Positions 21,222 to 33,600 of a stretch of 64,000 nt of DNA are shown here, one piece after another. The DNA comes from a virus (Duplodnaviria; Heunggongvirae; Uroviricota; Caudoviricetes), in the IMG/VR virus record IMGVR_UViG_3300035696_001272; one strand, written 5' to 3'. Below the pieces are notes generated by a model. The model saw only the letters and a program-made list of their open reading frames with translations, did not search any database and was not told the DNA's origin. A program made the translations under genes and the position numbers. How positions within the stretch are numbered: position 1 is the first letter of the stretch; each line of letters starts with the position of its first letter.

Positions 21222-23047
21222 TGGCTACTGATACACCACAGACAAATTTCCAAAGTAATCAAAACTTTGACCCTGACGTAAGACAAATGTACAAACATTT
21301 CGTAACTGGTGGTGCCACTGTTGGTGACAACGAACAGGGCCAGAATGTTGGTATCGATGATTTACGAGGACAAATTAGCGTCAGCGTAACCAGTCAAAAT
21401 ACCAAAAACCTACTCGCCGCTCTAAATATCAGTCCCACATCAGAAACTCCAGCTCCCACCACTAACACTTCAACTCCTGTGCAATCAGTGCAGGAAAGTA
21501 GATGTCATACTTTCTACAGGATTATAGGTTTTCCAGTGGTCTCTCAGGATCAGGCTACCTTTTATAATCCAGGATTTGATAGTATCAAGGGAGTTAATAT
21601 CACTCGTAAGATTACTCTTGCTACAAAGATTATGATTGCTGGTAACGTTGGCTCAGCCTTTGAGGCTATTTCGCAGGCCCGTGAGACTTATGCGGCCGGT
21701 ACCTCGCAGATATTTTCTGTACCAGAATCAGTGGAGGCTGGTGTTTTGGCATTAACTTCCGGCACATATGGTAGTAATGGTAACGTTAACATTCGTAAAT
21801 TTGCTCAACCATTTTTACAGAGTACGTATGCGTTCGATTTCAATGTAAACAATCAATCATATGCTGCTCCTGGTGATATTCTATCTACCACAAGTTTGGT
21901 AGGGGACAAAGAAATTACATTAGCAGATTATCAGGATGCTACCGGCGTTAAACCAAATCCTGGTGCTGGTGGATACAAAATATTGCTCCAACATAGACAC
22001 ATTATCAAACCATTCATGGTGGATCCAAGAATTGACTTCAGTGTCTGGACTGCTGAATCCAAGACTGCTCCCGGAATAGCCAAGAGAATAGCAGTTCCCT
22101 TCGTACCAAACGCCAGTTATTTGAAAACCAGCGATACTGGTACTGCCGAGAGACCATTGCTAGAAAAAGTTATTACGGAAAGATTCTCTAGCTTTAACAC
22201 CGCTACAGATGCTGGTATGGCAACAGCTGATTTGATAAGTTATGTTCAAAACTTCAAAACCATTCAAAGCATCAATATAGGTAGCACACCAATCAGTAAC
22301 ATTTTCACCAATAGCGCGTTCAAAGTATCTCAGCAACAATCATTTGCACAATATCTATCAACTATACAAGCGCTGATGTTTAAACTGGTAGATTCTATGC
22401 GTATTATACATGCTAGACAGGGCAGCTATTACTGGCTACCAATCCCATCCATTAGTGGTCCAGAGGGTGGTTCAACCGTAAGAAGTGTGCCACTTAATTC
22501 AAATGTCTCCACAGACCTGATGACCATTAATGATTTTGATATTATTAACAATCAGGCACAAGTAATATTGTCCAGCCTAACACCCACTATTGCAACATCC
22601 ACATCTACTCCAGATGCGGGCGGGTACGCCTTCTCCAACTACAAGCTGACTTTTGACACAAGCACTTCAGATTCAGTGGGTGACTTGAGCACCAGAACGC
22701 AAAACAATCTAAATACACAAAGAAATCGACTACTAAGTCAGGCAAGTGATGCTCTCCAAATTGTGGAAATGATTATGGGCGAGTTTAGTGGTTTGGGACT
22801 GGCTGATATTGTAGCTGTTATGGGCGCCCTTTATGTTATGCCAGCTACAGACCTTTTAGGATTTTTAGACGATGATGCCATCGTTCGTGCAGAAACAGTT
22901 TTGGGGCAGCAATCAGGCTCTTTGCAGTCACAAAGACCGAACATTGCAGATGCTATGGCTTCCTTGGCCAATACGGTCAATGCTTTTTATCAGATTATGG
23001 ACCAGGTATTTCAGGATTATCTGAACAATAACGCCCTGAACCTTTAA
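21221..23047 (+). CDS. Hypothetical virion protein
   Basis: 608-aa ORF coupled to the upstream gene (TAATG overlap) within the baseplate cluster. Confidence 0.5.
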   Translation: MATDTPQTNFQSNQNFDPDVRQMYKHFVTGGATVGDNEQGQNVGIDDLRGQISVSVTSQNTKNLLAALNISPTSETPAPTTNTSTPVQSVQESRCHTFYRIIGFPVVSQDQATFYNPGFDSIKGVNITRKITLATKIMIAGNVGSAFEAISQARETYAAGTSQIFSVPESVEAGVLALTSGTYGSNGNVNIRKFAQPFLQSTYAFDFNVNNQSYAAPGDILSTTSLVGDKEITLADYQDATGVKPNPGAGGYKILLQHRHIIKPFMVDPRIDFSVWTAESKTAPGIAKRIAVPFVPNASYLKTSDTGTAERPLLEKVITERFSSFNTATDAGMATADLISYVQNFKTIQSINIGSTPISNIFTNSAFKVSQQQSFAQYLSTIQALMFKLVDSMRIIHARQGSYYWLPIPSISGPEGGSTVRSVPLNSNVSTDLMTINDFDIINNQAQVILSSLTPTIATSTSTPDAGGYAFSNYKLTFDTSTSDSVGDLSTRTQNNLNTQRNRLLSQASDALQIVEMIMGEFSGLGLADIVAVMGALYVMPATDLLGFLDDDAIVRAETVLGQQSGSLQSQRPNIADAMASLANTVNAFYQIMDQVFQDYLNNNALNL

Positions 23048-23090
23048 TCTGATGATTTACCTAATAATTTTGCATTAAGGTGGAGTCGGT

Positions 23091-23522
23091 ATGTCTTTTG
23101 ACTTAAAAATTATAAATGGAGACCTTGTTATCAACCAGGGCGATCTTCAGACGGTAAAAGATAGCGAAAAGCTTATCCAGGACATCCTTAAAATTTGTTT
23201 AACGGATGTTGGAAGCAACCCTTTGCATCCATCTTACGGTTCATATTTGTCGAGATCAGTTATCGGAAATCCACAAAGTACTAGTGTAATAGTCCAAGTT
23301 GCCACTTCTCAGTTAAATACTTGTTTAACAAATCTACAGTATTTGCAGCAATTACAGATAAAATCTTTTCAAAAAGTAAGTGCTGATGAACAACTTGCAG
23401 CTATTTTAGGTATATCTGTAGTAAGGAGTTCTTTTGATCCGAGACTTTTCAACGTGAAGGTCAAATGTATTACTAAGGGCTTCCAACCAGTTTCAACTGC
23501 TTTTAGCATATCAACAATCTAA
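23091..23522 (+). CDS. Baseplate wedge gp25-like protein
   Basis: DL.I..GDL...KL.QDI.KI.LT..GSNPLHP.YGS motif; 143 aa; precedes baseplate J. Confidence 0.85.
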   Translation: MSFDLKIINGDLVINQGDLQTVKDSEKLIQDILKICLTDVGSNPLHPSYGSYLSRSVIGNPQSTSVIVQVATSQLNTCLTNLQYLQQLQIKSFQKVSADEQLAAILGISVVRSSFDPRLFNVKVKCITKGFQPVSTAFSISTI

Positions 23523-23531
23523 GGATAGCTC

Positions 23532-26500
23532 ATGGTTACGATTCGTTCGGTAAATGAAATCATCTCTAACCTGATAGATTTTTTCAGGATGGCTCAGCCT
23601 GATTTGGACACCAAACCAGGAACAGTAGCTAGAGATTTATTCATTGAAGGACCATCTTCCCAATTATCACTTCTGTATGATGAATTGCAGGGAGTCTCAA
23701 ATAAGCAATCCCTTAGACTAGTTGTTGGTACCGACTTGGATAAGTTGGGTAAAAACTTTGGTTTGATTAGAAAGCAAGCCACACCATCTACAGGTGTAGC
23801 ACTACTCACATTTTCTTCCCTTAGTGCTGCCGTCAACGTTAATGCTGGAGCACCAGTTTACACAGATGGTGGCTTGAGCTTCACTGTATCTAGTGGACTT
23901 TCTCTGGTACCTTCCAACATTAATTTTTATCGTTCGGTTGCTACTAAATTTGCGGCTCAATTAGCTTTCGTAGGAATCACAGATCAATATGCTGTGGAAG
24001 TAACGGTTACAGCGTCATCTCCAGGATCTTCCGGTAATATTGGCCAGTATACTTTAACAAAGGTCAATATTCCAGGTATAAGTAACGTAACTAACGTGGC
24101 TAACTTTGCAGGTGGTACAGACCAGGAAACTGATGCCGCTTTCAGAAATCGTATCCTATCGACTTTTAGCGGTTCCAGTGTTGGAACCAGCTTGGGCTAT
24201 CTGAACGCAGCCCTGAGCGTAACTGGAGTCCAGGACGCAGTGGTTATTGGCCCAGGTAACCCATTGATGACGCGTGACGGAACTGTCACTGAGGTTATTA
24301 ACGGAACACTAACTATTGTTTCCGAAGGTTCTGGTGGAAAGGTAGACGTTGTTATTCTGGGAGCAAATGATGTTTCCAATACAGACACCTTTATTTACCA
24401 AGACAAAAGCAACGATAACGATCCAACCAGCCCAAAGAACAATTTCGTACTTGGACAGTTAGCATCAAATGCCAACCTAACAATTAACCAGCGAAGAATA
24501 ACTGATATTCAAAACGGCCAATTGCCAAGTCAACCTGTTGATTCTATAATTCAAGTCACTGGTTCACAGAGCGGATCTAACTTCGTAGAATTCAGTGTAG
24601 ATGGTTATGGACGTGGTTCTGGTAACTATGAATTAGTCAAGGATACAGGCGTATATGGTGGAAGTCCGTTTGGCTTTGATACATTTGTTTGGAAGAGCAA
24701 TCAAATAGACTTTCAGGAAGACCTGATCAAAGGTCAGACAAACGGTCAAGACGCTACAACTTTCACGCAGGTTTTACAGATTACCGACGCCCAGCAACAA
24801 TTGGGTATCACAAACGAAAACAGTACAGTTACCAGCGATCGATCGATCATTCAATTGCTGCACACTCCAGCCACTAACGTTACCAGAGTATTTAATACAA
24901 ATACAGGTGAAAGATACATTATCACCAACCAAAACTTGGATGCCACTACACCTTACAATAACACTGGCAGAATCCAAATCTCAGGAAATACCCTGCCTTC
25001 TCCAAGTAATGTATTACAGGTAGATTATACTTGGATAGTGGATTACGATAGATATTCTGATTTTGACGGCCTGGTCGATACTCAAAATCCAAGACCAGTT
25101 ACCGATAGCGTTGACTGGGGATATCCTTCTGCTATTCGAAATGAAGTAGTAGAATTTACTGTCAGCCCAGGCAATAATTTCTTCATTGGAACTACTAGCC
25201 ATCCGGTAGATACTATTATTTCTGCCAACACTTTCTTGGAAGTTGATGGGTACGTTCAGACGGTGCCTTCTGGTATTTATGTCAACCGTATGTCCGTGGT
25301 AATTAGTAATTTGGCCATACCAACCAACACCGTTAATTCTGTTACTTGGAATAACTCCAATGTTGAATTATACGATACGGCCCAAAACAATGGAATCTTC
25401 TCCAGTGTGGCAGAGGTTGTTGGTATCGAGGTGCTTTACAATACAACTATCATTTTGCCAACAGATACTGTAGCTCAAAATGGAGATAAGGTTACCGCAT
25501 ATCTAAATGTTACCAACGTGTTCCAGTCCACTACAGCTCAGGGAAGCAGCAACGGTACACAAGTTACTATTCCAGCTTCATTGATTGACACGACTGCTGA
25601 TAGGCTCAATTTGGAGGTTATCTATATAGCTAATGTTAACGATCTGTTTTCAGCAGTCACACCATCTTTGCCAGCAAGTCGTATCGGAAATGGTTATGTG
25701 CTCAATGATAACAATGGATTCAATAACTTTAGCATTGTAAACACTTTTAGACGCGAGAATCAAGTTGTTCAGCTGAATCTGAGCAACCAATTTTATGTGG
25801 AACTTAATCTTTCTACGTCTGATTATATGTTATCCGCAGATCAGGTACTATCAGTTATCAGACTATCAGATGGTAAAGAATTATGGAACCCAGATAATGA
25901 AGGCCAAGTAGTCAATGGTATAGATGGCAACTTTCAGTTAATTTTTACTGGATTTAATACCCCAGCTACTGCTGATAGAGTTTTGGTTATTTATCAAGCC
26001 ACAGATATAAGAAGATTTCAGCCTTTCAGCTTTAGTAATCAAGTTATCAAGACCTATATTAATCAGCTGGGATTTGATTCTGCCACTAACAGCTTCACTA
26101 TTCCATTAGTCACCTTCACCTCTCAAGCTAGTGGACTTAATTTTGAAGTAGTAGATGAAAACAGTGATACAGTTTATTTCAGCGTAACTGATGGCTACCT
26201 AACACCTATCAGCCCTACGCAGGCTACTTTGAACAGTCTAAAGGTAGTTTTCTCTTCTCTTCCAGATTTAACCAATAAGAAAGTCAAAATTACTGGAGCT
26301 ACTACTCCTAACAATGATGGTTACTATGATATTACGGGCTACAACGTTAATACCAACAACATCACCATTACTCTTACCTTGAATCATATCACGGCCGATC
26401 AGATTTCAGTAATTAGATTGTTGGATGGACAAGAGGTATGGAACTACACTGGAACTATTGATCAGACCAATGATAGGTTATTGATACCCAAGACGCCTAA

Positions 26501-27626
26501 TGCAGCAACTGGTGACACGGTATTCGTCATGTACTTTAACTTCAACAATTTACGTGAAGCACCAACTCGTATCATCGGTACCACTTTGGATCAAGTCATC
26601 AATACTGGAGTCATTTCAATAGCTGGAACCACCATGGCATTGGCCGAAAACGTAATTTTCACAGCCACTTCCACGGGCCTTCAACAAGATTTGCAACAGG
26701 CTTTGCGTACAGCTTTGAATCTCAACTCCACGGCTAGCCTACCAACCAATGTTAGAATAGCCAAAATTGTTTCAATGGAGAAGGTAGCTACTTATAGCCC
26801 AGGTAGCAGTATTGTATTAGAAACTCTAGCTACTTACGACACAATTGGAACAACTATCGCCAACAACTTGTATTTTTCAAACACGATGTTGTCCAATCCT
26901 AGTTTGTCAGCCACTGAATTCATTTTGCCAAGCACCACCAACAATACTATGGTTGTGCCTACAAATAATCTACCAACACTGGGAGATCAAATTCAAATAA
27001 CCTTCTATTATACAACTGATAATGATTCTGAAAATCTATCATATACTAGAATTGGTTCGTTATATACTGATAAGAAGTTTGCCCTTATTAACCAAATTTA
27101 TGTAAGCAGTGGTTTCCAAACTTCCACCTCAACTAAGTTTACTGCAACTTCGTTTACAAAACCAAGTGTGGGCGCTAGGTATACAGTTTTCTATGACTAT
27201 CTAGCTCCAAAACAAAACGAAAGAATTCTAATACAGTACAACTACAATCAATTGATATCAACCGCTACTTTTACTGTAGAAAATAGCCGCCCAATCAATG
27301 CCGATGTACTTGTTAGAGCAGCCAAGCTAGTTCAACTCAATCTGACCATGAACGTGGTTATCGATCAGAGCTTCTTGAGTACCCAAACAACTGTGCTTCA
27401 GAATTTGCGTAATCAATTGGTGTCGGCTTTAACCAGCACTACTTTGGGCCAAACTATAGACCAAATTACACTTATCAATATAGCACAAGGTGTTCAGGGT
27501 ATAGATAGAGCAAGAATACTAGCTTTCAATGTTGCGGGTGAGTCCGGACAGGTTCTCAGCATCACTGCCAATGAAGACCAGTACTTCCAGCCACTTACCA
27601 TAACCATCAACACCGAATCCATATGA
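23532..27626 (+). CDS. Baseplate J/gp6-like wedge protein with large insertions
   Basis: DLDKLG.NFGL.RK, GGTDQETDAAFRNRIL and V.GV.DA.V motifs. Confidence 0.85.
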   Translation: MVTIRSVNEIISNLIDFFRMAQPDLDTKPGTVARDLFIEGPSSQLSLLYDELQGVSNKQSLRLVVGTDLDKLGKNFGLIRKQATPSTGVALLTFSSLSAAVNVNAGAPVYTDGGLSFTVSSGLSLVPSNINFYRSVATKFAAQLAFVGITDQYAVEVTVTASSPGSSGNIGQYTLTKVNIPGISNVTNVANFAGGTDQETDAAFRNRILSTFSGSSVGTSLGYLNAALSVTGVQDAVVIGPGNPLMTRDGTVTEVINGTLTIVSEGSGGKVDVVILGANDVSNTDTFIYQDKSNDNDPTSPKNNFVLGQLASNANLTINQRRITDIQNGQLPSQPVDSIIQVTGSQSGSNFVEFSVDGYGRGSGNYELVKDTGVYGGSPFGFDTFVWKSNQIDFQEDLIKGQTNGQDATTFTQVLQITDAQQQLGITNENSTVTSDRSIIQLLHTPATNVTRVFNTNTGERYIITNQNLDATTPYNNTGRIQISGNTLPSPSNVLQVDYTWIVDYDRYSDFDGLVDTQNPRPVTDSVDWGYPSAIRNEVVEFTVSPGNNFFIGTTSHPVDTIISANTFLEVDGYVQTVPSGIYVNRMSVVISNLAIPTNTVNSVTWNNSNVELYDTAQNNGIFSSVAEVVGIEVLYNTTIILPTDTVAQNGDKVTAYLNVTNVFQSTTAQGSSNGTQVTIPASLIDTTADRLNLEVIYIANVNDLFSAVTPSLPASRIGNGYVLNDNNGFNNFSIVNTFRRENQVVQLNLSNQFYVELNLSTSDYMLSADQVLSVIRLSDGKELWNPDNEGQVVNGIDGNFQLIFTGFNTPATADRVLVIYQATDIRRFQPFSFSNQVIKTYINQLGFDSATNSFTIPLVTFTSQASGLNFEVVDENSDTVYFSVTDGYLTPISPTQATLNSLKVVFSSLPDLTNKKVKITGATTPNNDGYYDITGYNVNTNNITITLTLNHITADQISVIRLLDGQEVWNYTGTIDQTNDRLLIPKTPNAATGDTVFVMYFNFNNLREAPTRIIGTTLDQVINTGVISIAGTTMALAENVIFTATSTGLQQDLQQALRTALNLNSTASLPTNVRIAKIVSMEKVATYSPGSSIVLETLATYDTIGTTIANNLYFSNTMLSNPSLSATEFILPSTTNNTMVVPTNNLPTLGDQIQITFYYTTDNDSENLSYTRIGSLYTDKKFALINQIYVSSGFQTSTSTKFTATSFTKPSVGARYTVFYDYLAPKQNERILIQYNYNQLISTATFTVENSRPINADVLVRAAKLVQLNLTMNVVIDQSFLSTQTTVLQNLRNQLVSALTSTTLGQTIDQITLINIAQGVQGIDRARILAFNVAGESGQVLSITANEDQYFQPLTITINTESI

Positions 27627-30600
27627 CAGCTATCCTTAGAATCGTTAACGTAATAATCAATAGTAGCTCTAGTATCGACGTATTTTTTACGGAAGATCTA
27701 ACTCAAAATTTGGTTCCAGCTAACGTTTCCATACTTTCACAAACTGCTAATGTGCCTGATTCACAGGTTTTACAGGTTACTGTAAGTACCAATGTCTTAT
27801 CTATTACCTGTCAACCGTTGATTCCATACGCAGCCTACTATTTACAATTTCAGTCAACACCCAACAATCCGTTCATCTCAGTTAATGGCGATGCCAAAAT
27901 TTCTCAAGATGGAGTTTCTAACAAATTCCTAATCACTGGTCCATTACAGTCAGATAATCCAGTCATGGATTACTTGCAATCCTTTTATCAGAATAACATT
28001 TATAATGCCAGTGATACCACTACTATAATCAATGGATATCTACAATCTATCGCTGTCAACTTTTCCAGAGCCCTTTATGATATTAGACAGAGTAAAAATG
28101 AAAACTATCTGTCATTCACAGTAATTGATGAATTACACACCAGAGGAGAAGGTGCTTTTGACAGATTGTATGAAGAGGCTGCCTATGATATTTTTAGAGT
28201 TGGTTATGCGCCAACCAATGCAGCCGTAAATACATCTTTCGTCTTTACTGACTTTCCATACTTTCCAGTTACATTGCAGAGACAAATAGTTACAGAAGCC
28301 AGTGTGCCAAGCTCCAATAATGAAAATGGCACTTTCAATATAAACACGCTAACTTTCAACCTAAAGAATAATCCAGTCACTAAAGTTGATAGCATAGTGT
28401 TTACTCTAACTACTGCAAATCCTGTCTATACCTACAACATTCAAGATCTAGGATATCAACTCTTAGACTCTACATTCGACCAGGCTTATGCGTCTAGCTA
28501 TTTATTGTTGGAACCTAATCAAGTTAGGTTGAATAGCGCTATTTTGCAGGACCCAAATTTTTCACTGGATCAAATTTTCAGCATTACTATTCAATACGAG
28601 TATAAAGAACTTGGTATTGAAGTGGACGAAACCACGGTAGAGGTTTTTACTACACTACAATCTGTAAGAGAAGTTCTGCCACCAATTATCAACATCTTCA
28701 GTTTGCAGCACGCTCCAATAACGGACGCCAGTAACAATATTCCGACACTTGGTGGAGTGGTATTCACAGATCCAAACTCTAATACCGGCGCACCACATCC
28801 AGCTTTTATAACTGAAATTCCATTCAGTTTGAGTGCATTACCATCTGTACCAGGAATCTATTCTATAGATTATCCTACAGCAACAGTTTATGTATACGGC
28901 GCAAGCTCAACCAATGATGGTACAGGCCCATCTCCCCCACTAGCTACCTATTACTATAGATTTACCTATGTTTCGCAGGTCGATTATGTATACGATCCCG
29001 ATTCATTGGAGCTTGTAGCGTTGCCACTTGGTAACTTACTAAACTCCCCTGGCACCATCAATTTCAACTACGAACAGGTTCTAGTTCCTGGCGTCGATTA
29101 TGTAGCCGATTCCCACATTGAATCCATCAATGAAAGAATTCTAAATAATCTAAATGCGCTCAATGAACTAACTACCCAAAACTCTCCAATCACTAATGTG
29201 TTTCAAATTTATAATGAAACTTCTGGAGAAATTTATCTATTGGATAGATGGAACGACAATAAAGTCTACTTCAAGTTCAATAAGCCGCCCCGTGTTTTGC
29301 AGGAAGTTGGGGAAAGAGCTACTTTTGCAACCGTTTCAAATGAATTGCTAGGAATCAATGCTACATCAACTAACGGTGGTGGCGTTAGGATTTTTACTAT
29401 CTTCTTAGCCAATAACACAATCATCAACTCTTCACAGGACGGCATTGCCGCTTCCTTTAATACCAGTTTGATCTTCACTGACGGTAATGTATTCGTTACT
29501 GAAATTTGGTATGATAGAGAGTTCGACGCTGCCTTCAATATAAACAAATTATCTGTTGGTCAATATACTGTTGACTATGAGAATGGCATCATCTACGTAG
29601 CCGTTTCTAATACACAAGACAATGACATAGGCACTGCTACATATAAAATGGATAGCATTGTACCTGACTTCCCACATATTATTAGCGTAGACGATATTTA
29701 CTATCAAATCAGTGTTCTCAATCCAAAGAACAAACAGTTTTCTTACATATCATTTACAGATGGCGCCATAGTTCCAGCTAATTTAGATGTTTCGGACGAA
29801 GCTTACCTCAACAATGTTACATCATCTCCATTTCAATTAATCAATGGAATGGTGGGAGCTTTCGTAGATGGCACATTTGTACCTGGTGTAACTTACGCCG
29901 TCAAATTTGTACGTAGCGTGTACGAGTTTAATGATCTAACTCACAACACTAACCCTATCAACTTTGCTTTCGTCAGTACTAGCAATAATTTTAACATCAC
30001 AGTTGGTTCTATTAACAAACAATCTTTTGAGAGCGTGCAGTTTGATGGAACTAATTATTTCATTACACTAAATGAAAATATTCCTTACTTATCTCCGGAC
30101 ATTCAGTACACATTTAGTGTGGTCAGAGTTTCAGACTCTCAACAACTTTGGAATGGTTCTGGAACTATAGTTCCTGGTAACCCGCTCAAGTTGATTTTGC
30201 CTGGAATAGGATCTCCACATCTTGGCGATCTAGTTGATGTTACCTATTCTTTTACCATTAGCCAAGCTGCCAGAGTAATTGTGGATTATAACAAGGGAGA
30301 TTTCTTTGTTGATTACACCTATTTGGCTGATGAAATTTTGGTTAGCTACGAATACGGTGATAACGTACTAGATTTCAGTCAGAACACCAATCTACCTACT
30401 GGAACACAGTATTATGTTTCCTACAAAGCTGGTGCTCTACGTGATGCCTTGCTACAAAACTTTGGAACACTCGTTAACGTACCTGACTTGTCAACCTTTG
30501 ATTTGAGCCTAAATAGAGAGCGTTATCGTGAAGCCCTGCAAGCCGCACTATCCTCCTTTATTCAAGGACCAACAGTTGCTGCTATTAAGAATTTGGTACA

Positions 30601-33600
30601 GATAATTACCCACATAGAACCTCAACTAATTGAATCAGCATTTGAGGCTTGGTCACTGGGTAGTGGATTACTATTCCCGGCCGGTATACAAACAACTGGA
30701 AGTTTTCAATTATTGTCGGCACATTTTGGTAATGGTGTTTTGATTGATCAGCCCGATCAAACCATAACCATGCCAATCAATTCAAATATTAGATTGGAAG
30801 AGGGCACCTTTGAAACTTGGGTTTTGCCACAGTGGAATGGTTTGGATAATGATGCCGCTCTCACGTTCACCATTACTAGAAACAATTTACCTATTGACGC
30901 ATTCAGAGTATTTATTGGTGGTTCGGAATATCACCCAACCATTACTAATGGCTCTTTTACAATTACTAAACAGTCTAACGTAACCGGAAATCCAAATACG
31001 AATAAAGACGGCATCTTCATTTATTATGCTAATGACATGTCTGGAAATTTCCAGCGTTGGTACCTAGAGGTCATCGATGGCTATGTGTCTCCTAACAATA
31101 ATACTTACAAATTCACAATTGCCTCCAGTGGTAAATTCTATGATGTTAAACCTCTTAGTGTCGTTAAGCCAGCTAACATGACTACCTTTACCGGTACCAA
31201 CAAAGTCACCATGACAATTACACCGCTCATGGATGGCTATGGTATCGATGAAGGATTAACTTTCATATCAGATCTAGAACATTACATCTTAGATTTTGGT
31301 TTGGAACAGGATAGAAGCAGATTCTCTATTTACAAAGATCCTAGTGGATATTTGAACTTCCGAGTTTATGGAAGAGATCGCAAAATGTATATGGTCAGTG
31401 CCGATGTTTCATCTTGGAAAGTCAACCAAGCACACATGGTTGGTGCATCGTGGAAACTCAATACTAGAAATAACCGTGATGAGATGCACCTCTTCGTAGA
31501 CGGCCTAGAAGTACCAAACATTATAAAATACGGTCAAAAGCTACAACCGTATCTGCATGAGAAGTTCAGGACTGTCGATCCAGAAGAGGTTGTGGGATTG
31601 GCTACCCGAGACATTGTTGGTTCCGACGATTTAGTTACTACAGCTGGCAGTCCGGTTGTAACTTCTAGTATAAACTTTAGCGCATTCCATATCTTCGTGG
31701 GCGATCCTATTTTCATCAATGAAACTGGATTTTCTACAACGGGCTACACGATTGAATCTATCAACGGACAGACGCTATCTCTTAATGCTCCTATGCCATT
31801 GAGTTTAACCAATGGTAAGTTCTCTGTCAATCAAACTCAATATTTTATCACTTCAGAAATTAACATCGTACCAAATATTGCCGTTTCCACTATTCACACA
31901 TTCATAGAAGGTAGTGATTTATCAGGAACAGCAGGTAGCCCTAATGTTTCCTCTGGAACTAATTTTACAACCAGTGGTGTTGAACCTGGGTACTCAATTA
32001 GAATCGTAGATGGATACTCATCACCAGTTGTCTATACAATTGTACAGGTAGCTGGCAATACTCTTACCATTACAGATTCTTTACCAGTTAATCTGTTGAA
32101 TGCGACATACTATATCTATTCTAATACTGAAAATGAAATACCTGGCGTCCGTGCCCTTGATCCTGCCTATAGTATTAGTCAAGATGCTAACTTCGATAAC
32201 GTACTAACTATTTTCAATGATGTATTCGCTAATGATTTAATTCTTGTTAGAACTTTGGGCCTTAACTTCCGTGATATCAGCAAACAGTATTATGTTTGGA
32301 GCAACCAGGTGGAAAATGTTTTAATGACTCAACTACCTCCTCCAATTGATTTGGATCAGGCGGACATCACTAGGATCATTTTACCATCTGTAGCTATTGG
32401 ACCGGCCAATTCTACTTTGATTAGTGGAGTATTCGTTTCCAACCAACTGCCGACTGCACAGCCTTCCAATTCACAAACTGGTAGAAGCATTCAAGCCACA
32501 ATTAGTGGAACTAATGTTGACTTTACCACCCCAGTTGAAGTTACTATTCATGGTGTGACTGGTATCACCACAATTACTGAAACTATTACATTTACCGATT
32601 ATGGCACTTTAAATTTTGCTAACCTATATGTTCAAGTCGACTACATACAAGTAAATGCCAAACCACTCAATTCATCTAAAAATGTTTTAGCTATTGTTGT
32701 TGAAGAAAGATATCCTATCACCTACAGTGAATTCGATGAATTGGTTCCAGTGGTTAGATATAGCTATCCAATTAATGCTGGTTACAATTTACAAACAGAT
32801 GGTTATGATGGTTACAGTTTCGTTAGAGACGGATACAACTTCTTTAGCGGACTTGATATTGGTAATTATTTGGTTATCAATTCACCAGCTTCGGTGGCAG
32901 GTTATTACATAATCACCGGATTGTCAACTGATAGACATGGTATCAGTATACAGTCAACTGTTGCATCTGTCCCAACTCCTTTGCCGCAATTTACAAATGG
33001 AGTTTATCAAGTACTTAATGTGACTGCGTACCGCAGTGGATTGCAAAACGGATTCTTTACTTTGGAAATGTCTGATTTGCCTGGCCAGCCTTATTTCTTA
33101 GATCAGGGAACGTATGAATTAGATTATTCGACTTATGCTAGCATAAAGTTTGATCATCTCAATGGCAACATCTACTTTGGTAGTGATTTCATGGGCAACA
33201 ATCAAGCTAATTCAATTTTGAACCAGGCAATTAGCTATTCTATCATGTTGACTGATACACGAATTGGAGAAGTAGTAATGGCTAATAGTTTATCTATTAC
33301 CAAAGACTATAACTCACTAACTCCTATTCAGCCGAATGCCAATATTTTGTTCCTGATTAGCTTTAATAATTTTCCGTTCACTAACAGTGCTAGCTTTTAT
33401 TCTAACACGAACGATGACCATATGCACTTCCAATCTGATTGGGTTGTTAACGATAATTTCGGACAGAGCATAGTAATACTGGACGAACCTATTTTAGTTC
33501 CTAATACCGGAATACTTGATACTAGAAAACAAGGCACCATTGAATTCTGGATGAGCCCAATATTTGATACTGCTAATGATCCTAATGTTAGATACTATTT